Source of the DNA: Candidatus Kerfeldbacteria bacterium
GTDB taxonomy: Bacteria; Patescibacteriota; Patescibacteriia; UBA10025; JAHIVO01
Assembly (NCBI GenBank): GCA_047946875.1
Contig: CP181398.1
Span: 15,154 to 79,153, forward strand
DNA length: 64,000 nucleotides
Direction of reading: 5' to 3'
The position numbers and the translations under genes are program-made. Below, piece by piece: positions 49,340-58,719 of the stretch. A model generated the notes under the pieces. The model saw nothing but the letters and a program-made list of their open reading frames with translations. It did not search any database and was not told where the DNA came from. The stretch's first letter is position 1; every line of letters starts with the position of its first letter.

Positions 49340-51287
49340 TAAAATTCTAGACAACATGGAGGTGATTCGTAATAATATTGTTTTGGTTATTTTTTCATTA
49401 TTAATCTTCGTACCAACTTTTTTTACAGGGGAGTGGAATAAGTGGATACAGTCATTTATATTGGTCTTAGTTTTTTTATTAATATACTATGCAGTAAAAT
49501 TATTTGGAGATCAGAGATATAAATTTAAAAATTTTAAAGAAAAATATTTATTAAATCCTAATACTTATTTAATAATTTTTTTCATTGTAATAATTGTTAC
49601 ATCTTTTTTTTCTACAAATAAATATAAAAGTTTTAGTTTGTTGTTTTTGATGTTTGGATTTATATCAATATATTTCGTGGCTTATTTATTTTTTAATAAC
49701 TGGGAAAGATTTTTAAAAATTACAAAGATTATTTTTTTTACTGGTGTTGTGGTATCCCTGATATCATTGATAATGTATTTCTTTCAATCTTCATCTAGAG
49801 CTAGTGGTTTTCTATATAACGCTAATGCATTGGGTAGTTATATGATATTTAGTATATTATTAGGTTTGCCATTTATATTAGTTGAGAGTAAAAGGAGGTA
49901 TCTATATTTTGTTGGGTGGATTAGTATTACATTGTCATTATTTTTAAGTTTTTCATATACCGCTTGGGTTGGTTTAATTCTTCCAATTATTTTTTTTATT
50001 ATTTATTTTCGAAAAAAGATATTTATAAAAAGATATTTAATATTATTATTATTGTTTGTCGTTATTTTTTTAATTGTTATCGTTGGTATAAGATACCAAC
50101 AAACTAATGATTTATCTGAGTCAATAAAAGTATATAAAGTAATAACATTAGAACATATTATTTTTAGTTTTAATCAAAGATTTGATTTTAATTTAGCAGC
50201 ATTTGATATAGCAAAAGACAATATCATAACTGGCAGTGGTTATAATACATTTCAATCAACTTATGGTAGGTATTGGTATTCAATTTTTGAACAACCTAGG
50301 TATGCCCATAATTATTTTATACAAACATTATCAGATATTGGTGTAGTAGGATTTTTATCATTTATTATGTTTATAATATTATTGTTAAAGAATTTTTATT
50401 ACCTAGTAAAAAATCAGGTTAATGAGCACAAAAAAATAATAATTCTTGTTTCATTTTTGGCAATTCTTGGTTCAATAATTCATTCACTATTTGATTTTGG
50501 TTGGCAATTTCCTTCAGTTTACATTTTATTTTGGATCTTAGCAGGAAGTTTAATGGCTTTATCAAAAGAAGAGTATATAATTGAAGATAGTATAAATGAT
50601 AATAAACAGAATAAAAATAAAATTATTAAAGTTGGAGTTATGATACTTGCATTAATAATTTTAGGAAGAGGAATTACTTTGCTTGGAGCAAATTATCATT
50701 TTCAACAAGCTGAAATATCAAAAATTAATAAAGAATATGCATTAGAGTCAGAATATTTGTTGAAGGGTTATAATTTAGATCCCAAACCAACAAAGTTGGT
50801 AGATTATGTCCAGGCAAAAATTCAATTATCTGCAACATTAACAAAGGATGATTATATCGAATTGGAGGATTATATGTTGAGGTTAATAAATATAAATAAT
50901 GAGGAATATTTTGCTCATTGGATGCTTGGAAAAGTGTATTTTTTACAAAAAAAATATGATCAAGCGATTATTCAATATAAAACTGCTATAGAATTTAATC
51001 CAGTTTTTAGACCTGATTTTCATTATGATTTAGCTCTGGTTTATTATGAACAAGGAGATCTAATAGTTGCTAAACAAACAATTTTTAAAATTTTAGATAT
51101 ATATCCAGAGGGGATACATACAAGTAATCCTAACCTTCCACAGCAATTAGCTTTTTTAAATTTATTATTGGGTAGAATTTATGAAGATCAAGATGACATT
51201 GTAAAGGCAAGGCAATATTATACAATATCTTTGGAGTTGAAACCAGATTTTTCTCTTGCAGAAGGTCAGTTGAAAAAATTATATTAA
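49332..51287 (+). CDS. O-antigen ligase/O-oligosaccharyltransferase family protein with C-terminal TPRs
   Basis: About 12 TMs; NANALG, GSGYNTF, AHNYFIQ and HSLFDF Wzy_C-type motifs; TPR-like C-terminus. Confidence 0.88.
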   Translation: MINKILDNMEVIRNNIVLVIFSLLIFVPTFFTGEWNKWIQSFILVLVFLLIYYAVKLFGDQRYKFKNFKEKYLLNPNTYLIIFFIVIIVTSFFSTNKYKSFSLLFLMFGFISIYFVAYLFFNNWERFLKITKIIFFTGVVVSLISLIMYFFQSSSRASGFLYNANALGSYMIFSILLGLPFILVESKRRYLYFVGWISITLSLFLSFSYTAWVGLILPIIFFIIYFRKKIFIKRYLILLLLFVVIFLIVIVGIRYQQTNDLSESIKVYKVITLEHIIFSFNQRFDFNLAAFDIAKDNIITGSGYNTFQSTYGRYWYSIFEQPRYAHNYFIQTLSDIGVVGFLSFIMFIILLLKNFYYLVKNQVNEHKKIIILVSFLAILGSIIHSLFDFGWQFPSVYILFWILAGSLMALSKEEYIIEDSINDNKQNKNKIIKVGVMILALIILGRGITLLGANYHFQQAEISKINKEYALESEYLLKGYNLDPKPTKLVDYVQAKIQLSATLTKDDYIELEDYMLRLININNEEYFAHWMLGKVYFLQKKYDQAIIQYKTAIEFNPVFRPDFHYDLALVYYEQGDLIVAKQTIFKILDIYPEGIHTSNPNLPQQLAFLNLLLGRIYEDQDDIVKARQYYTISLELKPDFSLAEGQLKKLY

Positions 51288-51326
51288 TTTAGTATAATAA
51301 ATTTATTAGAATCCTATAATAAGGTT

Positions 51327-51830
51327 ATGAAATTTAATAATAAGGGGTTTACATTAATTGAATTATTGGTAGTAATTGCCATAATTGGAATTTTAGCAGC
51401 TTTTGGTTTATTAGCTTTAAACGATGCAAAAGAATCAGCACGTGATTCTGTTCGAGTTTCTGATTTATCTCAATATAGATTGGCAATGCAGTTGTATTAT
51501 GACAGTTATGGGCATTACCCAATTCCAGTGACAGCAAGCCTAATCCCAAGTAAGACTGGTCCAGATACAAGCTATGAGGTTGTGTTAAATTCAGTTGATG
51601 GCTCTATATTTTCAGTAACCAATAATCCTATAGTACCCGAGTATATTAGCGGAGTATTAGTTGATCCTTTTAATACATTAGATTATCATTATTTCTATGA
51701 TACTGATGATGGTAATCATCAAGAATATGTTTTATGTTTTTATAAAGAGAGTGTTAATTTTACTTCAAGGTATTTTCATTCATCAGGTTCATTTGCGGAA
51801 GGCCCTGATTGTGTAGGTTTAACTTTGTAA
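51327..51830 (+). CDS. Type IV pilin-like protein
   Basis: KG|FTLIELLVVIAII..ARDSVRVSDL. Confidence 0.92.
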   Translation: MKFNNKGFTLIELLVVIAIIGILAAFGLLALNDAKESARDSVRVSDLSQYRLAMQLYYDSYGHYPIPVTASLIPSKTGPDTSYEVVLNSVDGSIFSVTNNPIVPEYISGVLVDPFNTLDYHYFYDTDDGNHQEYVLCFYKESVNFTSRYFHSSGSFAEGPDCVGLTL

Positions 51831-51832
51831 TT

Positions 51833-52252
51833 ATGAATAATAATCAAAAAGGCGTAAATTTAGTCTCAGTAATAATCTCAATAATAGTGATTGGTGTCAT
51901 TATTGGTGGTGGATTTTTGTTACTTAATAATGAGCGATCGAAAACTAGAGATGCAAAAAGACTTTCTGATATAACTAGAATACAGGCGGCTTTTGAATTT
52001 TTATATAATGATACGGCGAGTTATGAATTAGCAGCTATTACTGGTTGTGATGTAGTTGGTAGTACAGTAGATACGTGCAATCTAAAACAATACATGCCAT
52101 CTATTGTGAATATGAAAGATCCAGGTAAATTTAGTTATGTTGTAAATGTGGTGCCTGATGAAGAAACTTATACTATAGTATTCCGACTTGAGAATAGTTA
52201 TAATAATTATGCTTCAGGTGCACATACTTTGACCCCAGTCGGGATTAGGTAA
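51833..52252 (+). CDS. Pilin-like protein with non-canonical N-terminus
   Basis: QKG|VNLVSVII..RDAKRLSDI; start moved to the ATG at 51833. Confidence 0.8.
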   Translation: MNNNQKGVNLVSVIISIIVIGVIIGGGFLLLNNERSKTRDAKRLSDITRIQAAFEFLYNDTASYELAAITGCDVVGSTVDTCNLKQYMPSIVNMKDPGKFSYVVNVVPDEETYTIVFRLENSYNNYASGAHTLTPVGIR

Positions 52253-52332
52253 TTTTTTATGTATAATATACGCTTTATTAGGTGTTTTTTTGTTTCTCAT
52301 TTTTACTATTTTTTGGTATAATAAACAGTATT

Positions 52333-53085
52333 ATGAATATAATATTAGTCACAATTTTAGGTTTGGTGGTTGGAAGTTTTCTGAACGCTGTCATTTATCG
52401 TCTTCATGTAAAAGTAAGTTTTATGCGAGGTCGTTCGTATTGTCCAAGTTGTAAACATGATTTAAGTGCAAAAGATTTAGTGCCATTATTTAGCTTTTTA
52501 TTCTTAAGAGGTAAGTGTAGATATTGTAGCAAAAAAATATCTTGGCAATATCCATTGGTAGAATTTTTTATTATGGTTTCTTTTTTAATATTATATTGGC
52601 AATTTGGTTTGAGTTTAGATTTTTTCGTTTATTTAATATACACAGGTTTTTTAGCCGTTATTTTTGTATATGACTTAAAATATTATTTGATATTGGACAA
52701 GGTAAGTATCCCAGCCATAGTTGTTGCTTTTTTATTATCATTTTTTGTGTTAGAAATTGGAATAGTTAGTTTACTAATAAGTGTATTAATTGGTGGTGGA
52801 TTTTTTCTGTTACAGTTCGTAATTTCAAAAGGAAAATGGATAGGTGGTGGGGATATACGGCTAGGAGTTCTTATGGGGTTAATGCTTGGCTACCCAGTTA
52901 TCTTGGTGGCTTTATTTATAGCTTATATTTTAGGATCCGTAATTGGAGTAGTGCTGATAGCTGGTAAAAAAAAGAAATGGAAGAGCCAGGTTCCATTTGG
53001 TACTTTTTTATCTATAGCAACTTATATAGCTTTTATATTTGGTGAGTATATCGTAAATTATTATCAAGATTTATTTTTATTATGA
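52333..53085 (+). CDS. pilD: Prepilin peptidase/N-methyltransferase
   Basis: GSFLNAVIYR, two CxxC, YDLKY, GGGDIRL and VPFGTFL; start moved to the ATG at 52333. Confidence 0.95.
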   Translation: MNIILVTILGLVVGSFLNAVIYRLHVKVSFMRGRSYCPSCKHDLSAKDLVPLFSFLFLRGKCRYCSKKISWQYPLVEFFIMVSFLILYWQFGLSLDFFVYLIYTGFLAVIFVYDLKYYLILDKVSIPAIVVAFLLSFFVLEIGIVSLLISVLIGGGFFLLQFVISKGKWIGGGDIRLGVLMGLMLGYPVILVALFIAYILGSVIGVVLIAGKKKKWKSQVPFGTFLSIATYIAFIFGEYIVNYYQDLFLL

Positions 53086-53786
53086 CAAAAGATTCACAAA
53101 AAGGATTCACATTAGTTGAACTTTTAATTGTTATTTTCATAATTGGAGTTTTATTAATAGTAGTAGCAGTAAATTTTGATAGAGGTAAACGTTCGAATGA
53201 CTTGAAAGCTGCGGGTTTAGATATTGAAAGAAATTTTCGTCAAGCACAGAATTATAGTATTAGTGGTAATACATATAAATACTGTTCCGAAATAAGCACA
53301 AATTCATTTTATAGGTGCAGCATTGATACTGACTGTCCACCAAATGTAGAACCACCATCACTTGGTACTTGTATTACATCGGTTCCGCCAGGAGGGTATG
53401 GGATTCAGATTTCTTCAACTGAAAATTATATATTGTTTGGGAATACTACTGCTGATAATACCTTTCTTGATAATATTGAAGATTATGAAATTATTTATAA
53501 TAATTTGACATTGAATGGTATGCATATCAGTCAAATTAAATTCGGTGATCAACCATCATTTACAGCAGCTTCAGTCGCTAATAAAGTAGATGTGATTTTT
53601 TCCGTACCAACAGGACAAATTAGTTTTTATCTTGATGATGTAGAAGTTCTTGATGAAAATGATCAACCTATTGTGACATTAGAAATATTAGTTAGTAGTG
53701 ATTATGTATCAACTAGTTGTAGAAAAATTACTATTAATAGAATAACGGGATTAATAAATGAAATTCAAAGTGATTGTAGTATTTAG
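53082..53786 (+). CDS. Minor pilin (FimT/GspH-like)
   Basis: KG|FTLVELL; Cys-rich insert. Confidence 0.85.
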   Translation: MTKDSQKGFTLVELLIVIFIIGVLLIVVAVNFDRGKRSNDLKAAGLDIERNFRQAQNYSISGNTYKYCSEISTNSFYRCSIDTDCPPNVEPPSLGTCITSVPPGGYGIQISSTENYILFGNTTADNTFLDNIEDYEIIYNNLTLNGMHISQIKFGDQPSFTAASVANKVDVIFSVPTGQISFYLDDVEVLDENDQPIVTLEILVSSDYVSTSCRKITINRITGLINEIQSDCSI

Positions 53787-53795
53787 AAAATTATT

Positions 53796-54404
53796 ATGTT
53801 GAAAAAAATAATAAAAAATGAATCAGGTCAAAGTTTAATGGAAATGTTAATAGCTATTTTCATTTTAATTTTAGCTTTGACAGCTACTATAGTTTTGATA
53901 GTTACTAGCATTAATGCTGCTAGAGATAGTATGAATAAATTAGTTGCTACAAATTTATCAAGAGAGGGGATTGAAATAGTTAGAAATATTAGAGATAGTA
54001 ATTGGATTCATCCTGACGGAGAAGATTGGGATAAAGATTTGGATACAGACAATACAGCCATCCCAGAGATTGATGGAACCAGTAATATAAGTTTGGATTT
54101 TACTCCGGCTGATTTTTCTAATCCTTTATTGGTAGGTATAAAATTATCCGGCAATGATTATGTCCAAGGGGCATCGGCGACTGGTAATAATACTTTGTTT
54201 ACAAGATTGATATACTTAAATCCTATTTGCCATGATTATTCTAACCCACCTGCAGTTGATGAAACAATAATTGATACAGGCACATGTGCTGGAAACTATG
54301 AAAAAGTGGGTGTAAGAGTAATATCAGAAGTTAGGTGGCATGCGACTAATTCAAATAGGAAAGTTATATTAGAAGATCGTTTGTATAACTGGCAAAATTT
54401 ATAA
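53796..54404 (+). CDS. Minor pilin (PilV-like)
   Basis: SG|QSLMEML..ATNLSREGIEIVRNIRDSNW. Confidence 0.85.
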   Translation: MLKKIIKNESGQSLMEMLIAIFILILALTATIVLIVTSINAARDSMNKLVATNLSREGIEIVRNIRDSNWIHPDGEDWDKDLDTDNTAIPEIDGTSNISLDFTPADFSNPLLVGIKLSGNDYVQGASATGNNTLFTRLIYLNPICHDYSNPPAVDETIIDTGTCAGNYEKVGVRVISEVRWHATNSNRKVILEDRLYNWQNL

Positions 54405-54412
54405 ATAATAAG

Positions 54413-55162
54413 ATGTCTAAACAACAAAAATTAAATAATTCAGGCTTTACTTTGATAGAAATGCTAATTGCTATTTCAATTTTTTCACTTGTATTGATAG
54501 TGGCAACAAACATCTACATAACTATTAATAATAGTCAGCGCAAAGTTGTAACTCAGCAAAAAATTCAGGATGATATTAGATTTTTATTTGAGGCGATAGC
54601 TCAAGAAATTAGATTGGGGAGTATAAATTATGATTTTTATGAGAATAATAATATAAATTTACATACTGGTTTAGGAGGTTCAGATAATAGTATTTTAGCA
54701 ATCAATAGTCAGTCAGGAGATGAAATATTTTTCAGACGTAGTAGTGATCCATTTAATACTAATAATGGACAAGGAAATAAAGTTGAATATTGTACAGTAA
54801 ATGATTTTAATGATTGTGCTTTGGATGATGATACATTATGGCAAAGCGTTACACCGGCGGGTGTTGAAACTTTAGATCTCCGTTTTGCAATTACCCCGTC
54901 CGCCAATCCATTTGTAGAAACATCCACAGTTAGTTGTACGAGTAATGCTGAATGTGATTTGGGGTATGTTTGTGATACTATTGATGACTATATATGTGAG
55001 TATGATAGTGATGGTCAAAATTTTCAACCAAAAGTAAGATTTGTTTTAAATTCGCGGGGTATAGGTAGAAATAAGGGGGAAGAATCGGAAATTTTAATGC
55101 AAACAATAATTTCTACAAGAATATTTACTGGTGCAGTTCAAAATCTAAATTATGAATTATAA
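54413..55162 (+). CDS. Minor pilin (PilW/GspJ-like)
   Basis: SG|FTLIEMLIAI..IAQEIR. Confidence 0.85.
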   Translation: MSKQQKLNNSGFTLIEMLIAISIFSLVLIVATNIYITINNSQRKVVTQQKIQDDIRFLFEAIAQEIRLGSINYDFYENNNINLHTGLGGSDNSILAINSQSGDEIFFRRSSDPFNTNNGQGNKVEYCTVNDFNDCALDDDTLWQSVTPAGVETLDLRFAITPSANPFVETSTVSCTSNAECDLGYVCDTIDDYICEYDSDGQNFQPKVRFVLNSRGIGRNKGEESEILMQTIISTRIFTGAVQNLNYEL

Positions 55163-56654
55163 ACTTTTAAAAAATCAGCAAGGTTCAATTCTGTTATATT
55201 CTTTAATTGTAATTTCTATAATTTCAGCGATATCTATAATCGTATCTATTATTGTGGTTAATCAGATTAAGCTAACAAGTGGAGCTGCTAATGGTACACA
55301 GGCATACTATGCTGCCGAAGCTGGTATTGAGAAAGGTTTGTTTGCAGTTCGTTCGATGAGAGATGACCCTGATTTTTATTTAGAAGAACCATTAGAATTA
55401 AATTATTCGGCTATTAATATTATAAAAGGTTACTCTGACAGTAGCTTTGTAAATAAAGCTTCGTTTGATATATCACAGGCCGCAGCGGTTACTCCAAAGA
55501 TTGAAAATCAAGAAATCAAAGAAAATGAATCTGTGCAAATTGATTATTATGATGTAGACGATCCATTACGAGTAGATCCATTAACTCCAGAAGTTGTAAG
55601 TTTGACTATTCAGAACTCAGGAGATAATCCGGCGTCATGGGCCGAAGTATCTTGGACGGCTTGGGATAATCAAGGAGAATTGTTGACTTCAACTTCAGCA
55701 AGAAGAGTTATTGGTCCATCTGATTTGTCTAGAGTGAATGGCTGGCCAATAAATGATTTAGATGTATTTGAGGATGATGCAGTAGGATACAGAGTAAGAA
55801 TCAAAGCGTTAAAAGCGATACCTACAGATACAGAGCCTGGCGATTTGTCGAGTGTTACGGTTACTCCATATGACGGAGATGGAGATGAAATTTTTGATTT
55901 ACCATCACAAGTGGTTATTAAATCCATTGGAGAAAGGGGAGGTTTTAAGCAATCTCTTGTAGCTTCAGTTCCATGGAAATTGCCATTGTTCGGATTGTAT
56001 GATTATGTATTGTTTAGTGAAAGTGATATTTACAAGGATATTATTCTTAATGCTCCAACCTATAGTTCTGGGGTTATTCAGGTGGAAGCGGATATCCAGG
56101 GACTTTTTGGAACCTGCGAGAGTTGTAGTGCCTGCGAGAGTTTTGGCTGGAACGGATTAGATTGTCCTCTTCAACCACTTGGCGCGGATATACGTTGCGC
56201 AGACCAATCATCTTTTGGTGCGATTTGTAAATTAGCTGCTGATAATAGTGATAATGCTTTGGGATTCATTTTACCAGTTCCTGATAATGTACCGGAGGGA
56301 GATGAGTATTATGTATCAATAAAAGCAACTTACTTTGGATGTGATGAAGTTCCTGCCATCGATTGTGGTAGAGATATTGCTGTAGAAATAAATGGACAGT
56401 CAGTAGTTGTTAGCGATCAGGTACCATCTGGAGATCAGACAGATCATATCTGTACAATTCCTATTAGTTTCTCATTGGGTGATCCGACACTACCGGAGGA
56501 TGACAGCAGCCGAACGATTAAATTTACTGTTCATCCATATGGGTCAGCTACTGGTACCTCGGGAGTTGATCCAGGCGAATGGCATGATAGTGAATATGTT
56601 TTAGCTGATTGGTATCAGCTCAGTACTTATAAAATGTTTGATGATTGTTATTAA
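55152..56654 (+). CDS. PilX-like minor pilin with extra C-terminal Cys-rich domain
   Basis: QG|SILLYSL (no E5), QAYYAAEAGIE motif; 500 aa. Confidence 0.85.
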   Translation: MNYKLLKNQQGSILLYSLIVISIISAISIIVSIIVVNQIKLTSGAANGTQAYYAAEAGIEKGLFAVRSMRDDPDFYLEEPLELNYSAINIIKGYSDSSFVNKASFDISQAAAVTPKIENQEIKENESVQIDYYDVDDPLRVDPLTPEVVSLTIQNSGDNPASWAEVSWTAWDNQGELLTSTSARRVIGPSDLSRVNGWPINDLDVFEDDAVGYRVRIKALKAIPTDTEPGDLSSVTVTPYDGDGDEIFDLPSQVVIKSIGERGGFKQSLVASVPWKLPLFGLYDYVLFSESDIYKDIILNAPTYSSGVIQVEADIQGLFGTCESCSACESFGWNGLDCPLQPLGADIRCADQSSFGAICKLAADNSDNALGFILPVPDNVPEGDEYYVSIKATYFGCDEVPAIDCGRDIAVEINGQSVVVSDQVPSGDQTDHICTIPISFSLGDPTLPEDDSSRTIKFTVHPYGSATGTSGVDPGEWHDSEYVLADWYQLSTYKMFDDCY

Positions 56655-58684
56655 TGGATATGGGTATCAAGGAAGTACAACAAAGAATAGAGAAACTGAA
56701 AAAAGAGATAAATCACCATCGTTATCTTTATCACGTTTTGGATAAGCAAGAAATATCTGACGCTGCTTTGGATTCTCTGAAGCATGAACTTGATCAATTA
56801 GAAAAAGAAAATCCTGAGTTAATAACCCTAGACTCACCTACGCAACGTGTTAGTGGTCAGGCGATGGATAAATTTACAAAAGTCGCTCATCAAACAAGGA
56901 TGGTATCATTAACTGATGCTTTTTCATTTTCTGAGATTGAAGATTGGGAAAAAAGAAATAAGAAATTGTTAACCTCTTCAGAAAAATTAGATTATTATGC
57001 AGAACTGAAGATGGATGGTTTGGCAATGTCTCTAATATACAAAGATGGTAAGTTGGTAAAAGGTGTTACGAGAGGGGATGGAAAAATTGGTGAAGATGTA
57101 ACAAGTAATATAAGAACTATTGAAGCAATACCATTAATATTAAATAATAATAAATTAAAGCTAAATATCCCAAGTGAAGTAGAGGTGAGAGGTGAGGTTT
57201 ATATGCTTAAGTCTGTTTTTGATAAGTTGAATAAAGAACAAGAAAGCAATAATCAATCTAAGTTTGCTAATCCACGTAATGCAGCGGCTGGTTCTATTCG
57301 TCAACTTGATTCAAAAATTGCTGCTTCTAGGGAGCTTAGTTTTATGGCTTATGACTTAGTTACAGATTTTAGTCAGAAGACTCATCAAGAATCACATGAG
57401 CTATTAGAAAAAATTGGTTTTAGATCAGGCATGATTCATAATAAGCATTGTAATAATGTTAATGAAGTGCAAAAACATTTTGAAGATATTGGTAAACTTA
57501 GAAATGGATTAAAATTTTGGACTGATGGGGTGGTAGTAAATATTAATAATATTGAAACATATAAAAAACTTGGAATAGTAGGAAAAGCGCCTCGAGGTTC
57601 TATTGCTTACAAATATCCAGCAGAGCAAGCAACTACTATAGTTGAAGATATTCAAGTGCAGGTAGGTAGGACAGGAGCATTAACCCCGGTTGCTCATTTG
57701 AAGCCTGTGCAAGTAGCTGGTTCTACTGTGGCGCGTGCTACATTACATAATATAGATGAAATAGAGAGGTTGGGTGTGAGAATTGGGGATACTGTTATTA
57801 TTCAGAAAGCTGGTGATATTATACCTGATGTTGTAGAAGTACTACCAAAATTACGAACAGGAAAAGAAAAGAAATATAAAATGCCTACACATTGTCCCGT
57901 ATGTAATGCCAAGGTGAATAGAAAAGAAGGAGAAGTAGCATATTATTGTGATAATAAAGATTGCTATGCTTTACAACATCAATCTATGAAGCATTTTATT
58001 TCCAAGAAAGCGTTTGATATTGATGGGTTGGGACCTAGAGTATTAGATCAATTGTTTAAAGCAGATCTTATTAAAACACCAGCAGATCTTTTTGATTTAA
58101 AAATAGAAGATTTACAACCATTAGAAAGATTTGCAGATAAATCGGCAGAGAATTTGGTAGAGTCAATTAAAGATGCTAAAAAAATTTCATTAGCAAAATT
58201 TATTTATGCTCTTGGTATTCGTCACGTAGGAGAGGAGACGGCGATCACATTATCGCAGGAATACAAAACATTTGGTAAAATAATCAATATTCCTCTTAAA
58301 AAATTGGAAGCATTGAATGATATTGGTGGGGTTGTTGCAAAAAGTATTAATGAATATTTTCAAAATAAGGCAAATATTGATCTGGTAAATAAATTATTAA
58401 ATAAAGTTACAATTATTAAAGAAGTTAAAAAGATTCTATCGGACTTAAATACGAAGTTGGTAGATAAAAAAATAGTTGTTACAGGAATACTAGAAAGTAT
58501 GTCGCGTGACGAAGCTAAAGAGCAGATAAGAAGAGCGGGAGGTAAGTGGGTTTCATCAGTTTCAAAAAATACGGATTTCGTAGTAGCAGGAGATAAACCT
58601 GGGTCAAAAGTTGATAAAGCAAAGAAGTTGGGGATTAATGTGATTTCAGAAGAAGAATTTAAAAAATTGTTTAATCCAAAATAA
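56654..58684 (+). CDS. ligA: NAD-dependent DNA ligase
   Basis: ELKMDG, EVRGE, FANPRNAAAGS, zinc finger, HhH and BRCT; TAATG overlap with the upstream gene. Confidence 0.98.
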   Translation: MDMGIKEVQQRIEKLKKEINHHRYLYHVLDKQEISDAALDSLKHELDQLEKENPELITLDSPTQRVSGQAMDKFTKVAHQTRMVSLTDAFSFSEIEDWEKRNKKLLTSSEKLDYYAELKMDGLAMSLIYKDGKLVKGVTRGDGKIGEDVTSNIRTIEAIPLILNNNKLKLNIPSEVEVRGEVYMLKSVFDKLNKEQESNNQSKFANPRNAAAGSIRQLDSKIAASRELSFMAYDLVTDFSQKTHQESHELLEKIGFRSGMIHNKHCNNVNEVQKHFEDIGKLRNGLKFWTDGVVVNINNIETYKKLGIVGKAPRGSIAYKYPAEQATTIVEDIQVQVGRTGALTPVAHLKPVQVAGSTVARATLHNIDEIERLGVRIGDTVIIQKAGDIIPDVVEVLPKLRTGKEKKYKMPTHCPVCNAKVNRKEGEVAYYCDNKDCYALQHQSMKHFISKKAFDIDGLGPRVLDQLFKADLIKTPADLFDLKIEDLQPLERFADKSAENLVESIKDAKKISLAKFIYALGIRHVGEETAITLSQEYKTFGKIINIPLKKLEALNDIGGVVAKSINEYFQNKANIDLVNKLLNKVTIIKEVKKILSDLNTKLVDKKIVVTGILESMSRDEAKEQIRRAGGKWVSSVSKNTDFVVAGDKPGSKVDKAKKLGINVISEEEFKKLFNPK

Positions 58685-58712
58685 AAAAGGAGTCTATTTT
58701 AAAGACTCCTTG
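58685..58712. terminator. Bidirectional terminator between convergent genes
   Basis: AAGGAGTCT..AGACTCCTT stem. Confidence 0.75.
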
Positions 58713-58719
58713 TTAAAAA

